From: Deltaproteobacteria bacterium
GTDB lineage: Bacteria > Desulfobacterota > Syntrophia > Syntrophales > UBA5619
Assembly (NCBI GenBank): GCA_016935075.1
Contig: JAFGRP010000025.1
Span: 1-42,243, forward strand
Reading direction: 5' to 3'
DNA length: 42,243 bases
Shown here: piece after piece, positions 31,857-39,676 of the stretch
Layout of the letters: each line of letters begins with the position of its first letter
How positions within the stretch are numbered: the stretch's first letter is position 1
Notes under the pieces: generated by a model
Told to the model about the DNA's origin: nothing
The model's input: the letters and a program-made list of their open reading frames with translations, nothing else
The model's database searches: none
Made by a program: the position numbers and the translations under genes

Positions 31857-32767
31857 CTGCTTTCAAAATACCTGTGGACGTACTTCTTTCTCCCGGTCAC
31901 CCTGACGTATCTTTCATCCGGATGTCCCAGGGCAACGACCGCATGCACCCTTTCGTTGTCCGGAATGCCCAGTGATCTCGGTATCCGGATATCCCTGACC
32001 ATCGGGATTGCGGCAAACCCGATCAGGCAGGTTCCCAACCCCATGCTGTGGGCGGCGAGAAGCATATTCTGCGTTGCCAAAAGGGCGTCTTCCTTCAGAG
32101 TGGTTCCTCCCGGTCTCGATCCCACGACAACGGCGGCCGTCGCTCCATGGAACAAACGGTCCCTGCCGCCGTTCTGCCTTTCTGCCAATGCCTCGCTCAC
32201 GGATTGGTGGTAATCGCGATAATAAAGGTCCAGCTCAGGCTTGCCGATGAGTCTCAATAAATTGCGCAGCCACTGATTTTCAGCCAGTTTATTCAAACGC
32301 TTGAAAAACACGGCTACCTGATCCCCCAGGGCCGTGACCGATTCCCGGTTGGGAAGGATCGTGAATGTCCACATCTGGCTGTTGGTTCCCGAAGGGGCGG
32401 TCGCGCCGATTTTTATAAGGTCTTCCAGCAATGCACGATCCACCGTTTTATCTTTGAAATTTCGGCAGGACCTTCGAGAAGCCATTAACCGGACCAGTTG
32501 GACGGTGTCGAATTCTCCGTGGGGCAGCCAACGGCCGTCGGCATGGAACGTAGCAAACCTTGAAGCTTCCGGATCCATGGCATGAACCGTTATCGCATCG
32601 ACGGGGCAAACCGCCGCACAATGACCACAGGAAAGAGAGCGATTGCCGCTGACAACGGCCTTGCCTCCCTGCATGGATATCGTTTCCGATGGACAAACCC
32701 GGACGCAGAGACCACATCCGATGCATTTGTCCGCCTCGATCACCGTTGAAACTTCCCGATCGATCAC
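31853..32767 (-). CDS. nitroreductase-family protein with N-terminal 2x[4Fe-4S] ferredoxin domain
   Basis: CIGCGLCVRVCP and CGHCAAVCP motifs are followed by SRRSCRNFKDKTVDRALLEDLIKIGATAPSGTNSQMW (nitroreductase fold). Its stop overlaps the pfp stop by 4 nt (convergent). Confidence 0.85.
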   Translation of the reverse strand: MIDREVSTVIEADKCIGCGLCVRVCPSETISMQGGKAVVSGNRSLSCGHCAAVCPVDAITVHAMDPEASRFATFHADGRWLPHGEFDTVQLVRLMASRRSCRNFKDKTVDRALLEDLIKIGATAPSGTNSQMWTFTILPNRESVTALGDQVAVFFKRLNKLAENQWLRNLLRLIGKPELDLYYRDYHQSVSEALAERQNGGRDRLFHGATAAVVVGSRPGGTTLKEDALLATQNMLLAAHSMGLGTCLIGFAAIPMVRDIRIPRSLGIPDNERVHAVVALGHPDERYVRVTGRKKYVHRYFESS

Positions 32768-32825
32768 AGATCAACCCTGCCCGGCAAACATTCGTTTAGA
32801 ACGCATATCTTCCATGCAAATCGGA

Positions 32826-33107
32826 TCAATCGTTTACAGTGCCCTTGAGCACCTGAGACGGTCTGAATGTAACCACTTTTCTTGCATCGATCATCAATTC
32901 CTTTCCCGTCTGTGGATTTCTGCCCTTCCGTTTTTTCTTGGTTTTGACCGTCCATTTTCCGAATCCGGAAATCATGACGTCATTGCCGCTTTCGAGATCA
33001 TCCTTGATGATTTCAAAAACACTTTCAACGATACGGACACACTCTTGTTTGGGAATACCGATTTTCTCGTAAATGGAGTCGATGATGTCAACCTTCGTCA
33101 GGCTCAT
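32826..33107 (-). CDS. ihfA: integration host factor alpha-like HU/IHF DNA-binding protein
   Basis: MSLTKVDIIDSIYEKIGIPKQECVRIVESVFEIIKDDL...SGFGKW...RKGRNPQTGKELMIDARKVVTFRPSQVLK aligns along its length with E. coli IhfA ([26 protein letters not shown]...VVTFRPGQKLK). Confidence 0.8.
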   Translation of the reverse strand: MSLTKVDIIDSIYEKIGIPKQECVRIVESVFEIIKDDLESGNDVMISGFGKWTVKTKKKRKGRNPQTGKELMIDARKVVTFRPSQVLKGTVND

Positions 33108-33247
33108 GATGGTTCTCCTTTTCGTAAAGATTGCCGGTTAGTCGATAGCCATTTTACCGCCTATTTTGCGATTTTCCTTTTTCTGTTCATGATTTAGATA
33201 ACACACTTTTCAAGTTTTTGTTAGTTTGTTCTGAAGTGATTGATCCT

Positions 33248-33898
33248 TCATTTTTCGGCCCTTTCAAAATGGTGGTAATCCCGGATGTGGGTGAAATCCC
33301 CGCCCCAGCGCCAGCCCTTCTCCCGGAAGGCCCCGACCACCGGATGGTCCTCCGTGAAGGTCCCGGGTTTTCCGGGCCGCCAGACGGCCCCCGCGGGGGC
33401 GATCCGGCCGTCCGGATAAACCGCCGGGTTTTCCCGCGGGTTGATGTCCACCGCCCGGCCCAGGGCGTGCCGGGAGAGCCGGGCCGTCCCTGCGATGAAC
33501 CGGTAATTGAAGGCAGAGCTGTTGTCCGCGGCCATCGATGTTTCGTCGGACCAGCCGAAACAAACGATCGGCGCCGCGCCGGCGACAGGGAACCGCAGTT
33601 GCTCCATTAGAGCGAAGAGTTCCTGCAATTCCGCTGCGAGGTCACGGTGAACAACGATCTGGCCTTTGTGCCGGCGGCCGTCGAAACCGCAATACGGGAT
33701 GTCAATCAGGCAGAGTCTATCCAGAACCTCCCGCGGCGCCGCCGTGCCGGCCACGGCCCGTAAAAAGTCCAGATCGCTGTCGACGACCACGCCGCCATCC
33801 GCCATTGCCCTGCCCCTCTCCGTACCGGATCTTCCCCCGCCGCCGGCCCCGCCGTACCGTGCTTTGCGGAGTGGATCAACCGGGAGTATTTCGCCCAT
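33248..33898 (-). CDS. M15-family zinc D-Ala-D-Ala peptidase-like protein
   Basis: SRHALGRAVDINP (H-x6-D) and GGDFTHIRDYHHFE (C-terminal His) are the M15 metal ligand pattern. The N-terminal 35 aa are Gly/Arg-rich, so the start may instead be the internal Met (MADGGVVV). Confidence 0.7.
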   Translation of the reverse strand: MGEILPVDPLRKARYGGAGGGGRSGTERGRAMADGGVVVDSDLDFLRAVAGTAAPREVLDRLCLIDIPYCGFDGRRHKGQIVVHRDLAAELQELFALMEQLRFPVAGAAPIVCFGWSDETSMAADNSSAFNYRFIAGTARLSRHALGRAVDINPRENPAVYPDGRIAPAGAVWRPGKPGTFTEDHPVVGAFREKGWRWGGDFTHIRDYHHFERAEK

Positions 33899-34169
33899 TA
33901 ATTCTGGATTCTATAACGATTTTTGCAATGGATCAACCGGGAAAATCCCCGGATGGCCATCCCTTCCTGCTTGTCCCTTCCCGCCTGCCTTGACACACGG
34001 GGATCTTTTCCGTACATTGACGCCATCCCTGGGAGCCGATTGACGAATAACCGGGCGCTGGATTCCATGCCATTGCAAATCATTATTGATATTTGTTGCG
34101 GGTTCGCATAGAAGTGCGGCGGCGTCCGTCCGCATCGGATCGGATCCCGCTCAACCCAAAGGGAGGCAC

Positions 34170-35066
34170 ATGAAAGCGGGCAAGGCGATCGGTTTCATTT
34201 TTCTGGCGTGGCTTTATCTTCTCCCGGCACCGCCGGCGCGGGCTGCTGCGGACGATCAGACCCTCTACGAGGGAGATTCCATCTATCACCACATCACGAT
34301 CCGCCAGTGCGGCGGGGAGCGATGCATGATTTTCGGCCGCCAGCGGGATCTCCGCCAGACCTGTATCGACCTGGCACGGCCGGATGCCGCCATCTTCGAA
34401 TACCCGGCGATGATGTTCGCCGGCTTCCTTTTCAAGCCGGACGCCGGGAAAATCTGCCTGATCGGCCTCGGCGGAGGTTATATCCCCACGGTCTTCCGGA
34501 TGCACCTCCCGCAGGTTCGACTCCAGACCGTTGAGGTCGACCCCCTCGTGGAAAAGCTGGCGAAGCAGTATTTCCGTTTCACTGTCCCGCCCGGACAGGC
34601 GCTGGCCATCGACGACGGCCGCCAGTTCCTCAAGAAGAGCCGGGAGCGTTACGATCAGATCTGGCTCGACGCCTTCAACTCCGACTACATTCCCGCGCAC
34701 ATGACGACAAAGGAGTTCCTGCAGCTGGTCAAATCGCGCCTGAACGAAGGGGGAATCGTCATCCAGAACCTCTTCTGCTGGAACAACCTCTTCGACGCCC
34801 AGATCGCGACCTTCCGGACCGTCTTTGCGAAGGTGTTCGTCTTCGAGGGGCAGAAAAGCGGGAGTTGCATCATCATCGCCTCCGACCGGCCCGCCTGCGG
34901 ACCCGAGGGACTTCGGAAACAGGCGAAGAGAGCGGGCGGGAGAATCGGCCGGATCGACCTCGTCGCCGAGGCGGGAAAATGCAAGGTTGCCCCGGCCCTG
35001 AAAAACACCCCGGTCCTGACGGATGACTTCAACCCGGCAAACCTGCTCCTGATGCAGAAAAAATAA
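34170..35066 (+). CDS. spermidine synthase-fold (PABS/class I MTase-like) protein with N-terminal signal peptide or anchor
   Basis: 298 aa from ATG 34170 (GGGAGG RBS). The N-terminus is MKAGKAIGFIFLAWLYLLPAPPARA-AADD. Further motifs are ICLIGLGGGYIP, VEVDPLVEKLAKQYF, DDGRQFL, and YDQIWLDAFNSDYIPAHMTTKEF. Confidence 0.8.
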   Translation: MKAGKAIGFIFLAWLYLLPAPPARAAADDQTLYEGDSIYHHITIRQCGGERCMIFGRQRDLRQTCIDLARPDAAIFEYPAMMFAGFLFKPDAGKICLIGLGGGYIPTVFRMHLPQVRLQTVEVDPLVEKLAKQYFRFTVPPGQALAIDDGRQFLKKSRERYDQIWLDAFNSDYIPAHMTTKEFLQLVKSRLNEGGIVIQNLFCWNNLFDAQIATFRTVFAKVFVFEGQKSGSCIIIASDRPACGPEGLRKQAKRAGGRIGRIDLVAEAGKCKVAPALKNTPVLTDDFNPANLLLMQKK

Positions 35067-35159
35067 GGGGACAGAGCTCTTGTTCCCCCTCGACGGGGAA
35101 GATCCGGCTGGAAGGAACAGAATACCCTTCGGGCAGGCGACAGCAAAGGAGGAATGGGC

Positions 35160-35768
35160 ATGCGGATCGTTTATACCGTTTTCATTCTGCTTCTGGTCAC
35201 GTTCGGCGCGGTGGTGATGAGCCTGGAGATCCTCTCCTCAAACCTGATGTCCCCTTACTTCGGGGGCTCCATCTACATCTGGGGAAGCATCATCAGCTCC
35301 TTCATGGTCCACTTCTCCGTGGGCTACGTCCTCGGCGGATACCTGTCGCGGCGCTTCCCCCGGATTGCGGTCCTTGCCGCCTTCCTCGTCGTCTGCTCCC
35401 TCTGGGTGACTCTCATTCCGGTCTTCTACAAGCCCGTCTGCGAACTGCTCTCCGAACGCATCGATGACGTCCGTTTCGGCTCGCTTGCCGCCATGAACCT
35501 GATCTTCTTCGTGCCGGTCTCCATCATGGCGATGGTCTCCCCCTACATCATCGGAATCACGGCTGCCTGGCGGCGTCAATCCGGTCTCACCGCCGGCATG
35601 GTCCTGTTCATCTCCACCGTCGGTTCGTTCTTCGGGACGAACATCACGGCTTTCTATCTGATCAGCCTTTTCCCGGTCTCCCGGATCGTCACAGGTCTCG
35701 GGTTGATCTGCCTTTGCGTCTCGCTCTTCACGTTCGCCCTGCGTGCCGACCGCCGGATGGAAGGATAG
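35160..35768 (+). CDS. polytopic membrane protein resembling the membrane module of fused MFS/spermidine-synthase proteins
   Basis: About 6 TM spans. VVMSLEILSSNLMSPYFGGSIYIWGSIISSFMVHFSVGYVLGGYLSRRFPR matches the N-terminal module of that fused family. Start is ATG 35160 (7 nt after AGGAGG) or ATG 35154. Confidence 0.65.
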   Translation: MRIVYTVFILLLVTFGAVVMSLEILSSNLMSPYFGGSIYIWGSIISSFMVHFSVGYVLGGYLSRRFPRIAVLAAFLVVCSLWVTLIPVFYKPVCELLSERIDDVRFGSLAAMNLIFFVPVSIMAMVSPYIIGITAAWRRQSGLTAGMVLFISTVGSFFGTNITAFYLISLFPVSRIVTGLGLICLCVSLFTFALRADRRMEG

Positions 35769-35795
35769 AAAAAAAGGCGGCCGTCCTTTTTCCCC

Positions 35796-36542
35796 CTATG
35801 CCTCCAGCGTGAATCGCCAGGCGCAGAACCACTCCTCCGGATGGGCGTCCGGCGGGCAGGCGATGCACGAGGTCCTGATCCTGGAATCGATGGCCTCGGC
35901 AAAACCGCGGTACTCGACGAGTCCGCCGGACTTGCAGGGATAATCGGCAAGCCCCCTCTTTTTCCTCGCCGCCTGGACACGGCAGTTGTCCATGCGGAAA
36001 ATGAGATTCTCCGGGCCGTCCTCAACGATCGTCTGAATGTTGATCCCGGCGTAGAGGCGGAAGCCGAGCGCCTTCTTCAGGCCCGGAAGTCCCGGATTCT
36101 CAGGCAGGTCAAGAAACCGCCGGATCGACCAGGCCTCGAAGGGAGAGAATCGGGTCCAGCAGGAGTCGTTGCAGCGCTTGGCGTCCCAGATCCCGTCCAG
36201 CGCCTCGACCGCCTGGAACCAGACCCCGTCGCCGGCGATCCAGTTCCGGCCCAGCTCCTGAAGCAGGAGGACCAGATCCTCCTTCGGCATTGCCAGGAGC
36301 GCCTTCGGGACGCCGTTTTCCATTTCAAAGCCGAGCGCCCGGGAGAGCCTCTTCATCTGTGCGGCATAGCTTTTCTCCCAGGCCGTCCCGAGGACGTCGA
36401 GGGCCTTTGCCATGCCCATCTGGTGCTCCACCTCTCTGAACCAGAGGGTGTGGTGAACCATCGTCCGGTGAAAGAAATCGATCACCAGACGGGCAAGATC
36501 TTCCCGGTCCAGCTCCTCCGGCTTTTCAATCGTATCATCCAT
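35796..36542 (-). CDS. hypothetical cytosolic Cys-rich protein (DUF6125 / ATC-hydrolase-like, low-confidence family call)
   Basis: 248-aa ORF with coding-like composition. The C-terminus, DNCRVQAARKKRGLADYPCKSGG...IRTSCIACPPDAHPEEWFCAWRF, is reminiscent of that family. The call is from memory, not from a search. Confidence 0.6.
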   Translation of the reverse strand: MDDTIEKPEELDREDLARLVIDFFHRTMVHHTLWFREVEHQMGMAKALDVLGTAWEKSYAAQMKRLSRALGFEMENGVPKALLAMPKEDLVLLLQELGRNWIAGDGVWFQAVEALDGIWDAKRCNDSCWTRFSPFEAWSIRRFLDLPENPGLPGLKKALGFRLYAGINIQTIVEDGPENLIFRMDNCRVQAARKKRGLADYPCKSGGLVEYRGFAEAIDSRIRTSCIACPPDAHPEEWFCAWRFTLEA

Positions 36543-36637
36543 AATTCTTCTCCTTTTTTTAAAAACCGGGCGAGGCTCCTTGACCCCGATCCCTTTGGGG
36601 TGCTATGGTCGTCCAAAACTTTTCAGGAGAGACAGAC

Positions 36638-37120
36638 ATGATCATCCTATCGACCAGTTTGGGGGACATGACGATCGCGTTTTTCGATGCCGAGGCGCCC
36701 GTCACCGTTAAGAACTTTCTTCAGTACGTGGACGACGGTTTCTTCGACGGCACGATCTTCCACCGCGTCATCCCCGGATTCGTCCTCCAGGGCGGAGGCT
36801 TCACGACCGACATGAAGCAGAAGAAAACCCGTCCGCCAATCCAAAACGAGGCCGGAAACGGTCTCAGAAACGAACGGGGCACCCTGTCCATGGCAAGGAC
36901 CCATGACATTCACAGCGCCACCTCCCAGTTTTTCATCAATCTCAAGGACAACGCTTTTCTCGACCACGGTACGCGGGATTTCGGGTATGCCGTCTTTGCA
37001 AAGGTCACAGACGGCATGGAGCTCATCGACCGGATCGCCTCGGTCACAACAGGCACGGTTGGGATGCATCAGGACGTTCCCCTGGAACCGGTCGTCATCC
37101 TTTCCGCAAAGCGGTTGTAA
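36638..37120 (+). CDS. ppiB: cyclophilin-type peptidyl-prolyl cis-trans isomerase (cytoplasmic)
   Basis: 160 aa from ATG 36638 (AGGAGA RBS). [40 protein letters not shown]...[11 protein letters not shown]. No signal peptide. Confidence 0.9.
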   Translation: MIILSTSLGDMTIAFFDAEAPVTVKNFLQYVDDGFFDGTIFHRVIPGFVLQGGGFTTDMKQKKTRPPIQNEAGNGLRNERGTLSMARTHDIHSATSQFFINLKDNAFLDHGTRDFGYAVFAKVTDGMELIDRIASVTTGTVGMHQDVPLEPVVILSAKRL

Positions 37121-37354
37121 ACAATCCGGGGGCATCCATGACTGACGGCTTTTAAGACTTTTTACCGGGATCGTCAATACTGAAGTCAGGGTAAAGACCA
37201 CCGGCGGCGACCGCCGGAAAATATTAACAACCTTGTGCCGACGTCCAAAAGGTACCGGAAATCAGGATGTGATCCGCATCTGCGCAAGAGGTTGCAACCC
37301 CATTTTAAAATAGACAATTTGCCCGGCGTTTCAGACGGAAATGGGGGATATTTC

Positions 37355-37384
37355 TTGACAGGCGGCGCGGCACTGAGATAGAAA
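37355..37384 (+). promoter_or_regulatory. candidate sigma70-type promoter TTGACA-N18-TAGAAA
   Basis: TTGACA at 37355-37360 and TAGAAA at 37379-37384 lie in the 516-nt gap upstream of meaB. This is a sequence match only. Confidence 0.2.
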
Positions 37385-37424
37385 TCAGACGCTGCATCAC
37401 GCCGCCCGGCGATCCGGCCGCATT

Positions 37425-37640
37425 GTGCAGAATTCCGGTCGGTCGCTGAACTTGAGACACATCCTGGTCGCAATCGGCACCCTCGGCGATTTCCCGACCT
37501 TGATGGAACGAATTTCGATGGACCGGGTGGAGAACATGGATCTGGCGGGACCGGGTTGCCCCTCCTGCATCACCGCTGTCCTTCTCCTCCGAATGGTTGA
37601 ACTTCTGAAAGAACCGGGGTACGGTATGGCAGACACATGA
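37425..37640 (+). CDS. possible small CxxC protein (up to 71 aa) translationally coupled to meaB
   Basis: Its stop overlaps the meaB start (ATGA at 37637-37640). Third-position GC looks coding-like. It contains GPGCPSC and ...RMVELLKEPGYG. No clear RBS precedes the first ATG, and internal Met starts are possible. Confidence 0.3.
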   Translation: MQNSGRSLNLRHILVAIGTLGDFPTLMERISMDRVENMDLAGPGCPSCITAVLLLRMVELLKEPGYGMADT

Positions 37641-38614
37641 CACAGAAACGAGAAGAGATGGAACAGCTCCGCAAGATCCGCGCGGGCGACGTCCGGACCG
37701 CCTCCCGCCTGATCCGGAACCTGGAGGAGGACCTCCCCGAGGCAAAAACCGCAATCATGCGGATCTTCCCCCACACCGGCCGCGCCCATGTCGTGGGGAT
37801 CACCGGCGCACCAGGGGCGGGGAAGAGCACGCTCGTCGATGCCCTGATCGCCTCCTTCCGGAAAAAGGAGAAGACCGTCGGCGTCCTCTGCGTCGATCCG
37901 ACCTCTCCCTTCACCGGCGGCGCGATCCTCGGCGACCGGCTCCGGATGCAACGCCACGCGGAAGACCCCGGCGTCTTCATCCGCAGCCTCGCCACACGCG
38001 GCGCGCTCGGAGGTCTTTCAAAGGCCGTCGGCGACGCTGTCCACGTCATGGATGTCATGGGGAAGGACCTCATCCTGGCGGAAACCGTGGGAACCGGACA
38101 GCAGGAGGTGGAGATCATCAACCACTCCCACACGGTGGTCGTCGTTCTCGTTCCGGGGATGGGGGACGAAATCCAGACGATCAAAGCGGGCATCATGGAG
38201 ATCGCCGACATCTTCGTGATCAACAAGGCGGACCGCAACGGAGCGGACCAGCTCGCAAACGAACTGGCCTCCATGCTGAACATGGTCCCCGAGTTCCCCG
38301 GCGGCTGGCGTCCCCCGGTACTGCGGATCGGAAACTGTTTTGACCCCGTTCCCTTCGGGGAGAGCATGGAGGAACTGTCCACCGCAATCATCGGCCATCA
38401 CCGGCGCCTTGTGGAGACGGATCTTCTCGGCGACCGGATGAAACGCAAGACAATGGTCGAGATTCATGAGGCGCTTCGCGATGCAATCCTGGAGCCGATC
38501 CTCAAGGAGATGACCCAAAGCGGGGAGATGGAGGAGATCGCCGGGCGCCTCCTCCGGAAGGAGACGGACCCCTACACGATCGCCGGGGAGGTCGCCCGTC
38601 GCCACCTGAAATAG
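37637..38614 (+). CDS. meaB: methylmalonyl-CoA mutase-associated G3E GTPase (MeaB/ArgK)
   Basis: VVGITGAPGAGKSTLVDAL, VLCVDPTSPFTGGAILGDRLRM, ETVGTGQQE, and FVINKADR. Confidence 0.9.
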   Translation: MTQKREEMEQLRKIRAGDVRTASRLIRNLEEDLPEAKTAIMRIFPHTGRAHVVGITGAPGAGKSTLVDALIASFRKKEKTVGVLCVDPTSPFTGGAILGDRLRMQRHAEDPGVFIRSLATRGALGGLSKAVGDAVHVMDVMGKDLILAETVGTGQQEVEIINHSHTVVVVLVPGMGDEIQTIKAGIMEIADIFVINKADRNGADQLANELASMLNMVPEFPGGWRPPVLRIGNCFDPVPFGESMEELSTAIIGHHRRLVETDLLGDRMKRKTMVEIHEALRDAILEPILKEMTQSGEMEEIAGRLLRKETDPYTIAGEVARRHLK

Positions 38615-38622
38615 CAAGTAAC

Positions 38623-38684
38623 GGGGTCAGGTCTTTAGATTTAGCGTTTTTCGCGCAAAACGCTAAATCTAAAGACCTGACCCC
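38623..38684. repeat. 28-bp perfect palindrome (6-nt loop) after meaB; REP-like element or terminator
   Basis: GGGGTCAGGTCTTTAGATTTAGCGTTTT (38623-38650) is the exact reverse complement of 38657-38684. It is followed by the tandem CTGACCCCCATTTA / CTGACCCCCATTCA (38677-38704). Confidence 0.7.
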
Positions 38685-38729
38685 CATTTACTGACCCCCA
38701 TTCACCCGTTTATTCATGAAGGGATAAAG

Positions 38730-39302
38730 ATGTCGGAAATGGAACCAACACCGGATGCACGGAAAACCGTTCTGGAAAAATACAACAAAGGTCTCGTTCA
38801 AATCTACACGGGAAACGGCAAGGGGAAAACGACCGCCGCCTTTGGCCAGGCGCTGCGCGCCGTCGGCCAGGGTTTCCGGGTCTGCATCATCCAGTTCATG
38901 AAAGGGAGGAAGTACGGCGAATGCCTCGCCGCCGAGCGCTGCCTTCCAAACCTCACCGTTCACCTCTCCGGCCTCGACAGCTTCGTCATGCGCGACCATC
39001 CCGCACCGCCGGACATCGAACTCGCAAAACAGGGTCTTGATCTGGCGCGGAAGGCTGTCGCCTCCGGCGACTACGACATGGTCATCCTGGATGAGATCAA
39101 TGTCGCCGTCGACTTCAAACTGATTCCCCTTGCCGATGTCATCGATATCATCCAAACCAGGCCGCCCACTCTCGATCTCATCCTCACCGGCCGCTACGCC
39201 GCGCCGGAAATCGTCGATCTCGCCGACACAGTCAGCGAGATCCGGGAAATCAAACACCACTACAACGCCGGCATCAAGGACCGGGCCGGGATCGAATATT
39301 AG
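38730..39302 (+). CDS. cobO: cob(I)yrinic acid a,c-diamide / cob(I)alamin adenosyltransferase (CobO/BtuR type)
   Basis: GLVQIYTGNGKGKTTAAFGQALRAVGQGFRVCIIQFMKG, ILDEINVAV, and LILTGRYAAPEIVDLADTVSEIREIKHHYNAGIKDRAGIEY. Confidence 0.9.
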   Translation: MSEMEPTPDARKTVLEKYNKGLVQIYTGNGKGKTTAAFGQALRAVGQGFRVCIIQFMKGRKYGECLAAERCLPNLTVHLSGLDSFVMRDHPAPPDIELAKQGLDLARKAVASGDYDMVILDEINVAVDFKLIPLADVIDIIQTRPPTLDLILTGRYAAPEIVDLADTVSEIREIKHHYNAGIKDRAGIEY

Positions 39303-39382
39303 AACTCTTTCCCCGGGACCGCCCGGATTCGGAATTAGGTATTATAACTACCAAGCTGGCTCTGCCGGACCATCGCACCGCA

Positions 39383-39676
39383 ATGCCGTTGCGAGAAAAC
39401 AGACCGCGACTGCAGCGGATCGGTCCGCCGCTGTTAAAAAAACATCTCCTCAACCCCGACGGTTTGACCGCCGCCCACAAATACCTGCCCCTGCCCATTT
39501 TCGTGCGGGTCACTAATCTCTCCAACCGACGAAGCATCATCGTCCGGGTGAACGATCGCGGTCCATTTGTGGACGGCCGCATCATCGATCTGAGCACAGG
39601 AGCCGCCAAGAAATTGGGTTTTTATAAACAGGGAACGGCCAAGGTGCTGGTAGAGACGGTGAACATAGAAGACTGA
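39383..39676 (+). CDS. RlpA-like double-psi beta-barrel domain protein, N-terminally truncated or decayed
   Basis: LTAAHKYLPLPIFVRVTNLSNRRSIIVRVNDRGPFVDGRIIDLSTGAAKKLGF is the RlpA DPBB core. It has no signal peptide or lipobox. The expected upstream YYG..F.GR.TA.GE segment is only recognisable as fragments in two frames (GIRYYNYQ / DHRTAMPLRE). Confidence 0.55.
   Translation: MPLRENRPRLQRIGPPLLKKHLLNPDGLTAAHKYLPLPIFVRVTNLSNRRSIIVRVNDRGPFVDGRIIDLSTGAAKKLGFYKQGTAKVLVETVNIED

Noticed and set aside
37141-37636. Cobalamin riboswitch upstream of meaB/cobO.
   Set aside because: I looked for the conserved GGGAA, GGTG-AA-TCC and GCCACTG/B12-box elements on the + strand and found none. GGCACTG at 37368-37374 stands alone without the surrounding helices. 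A covariance-model scan is still needed to be sure.
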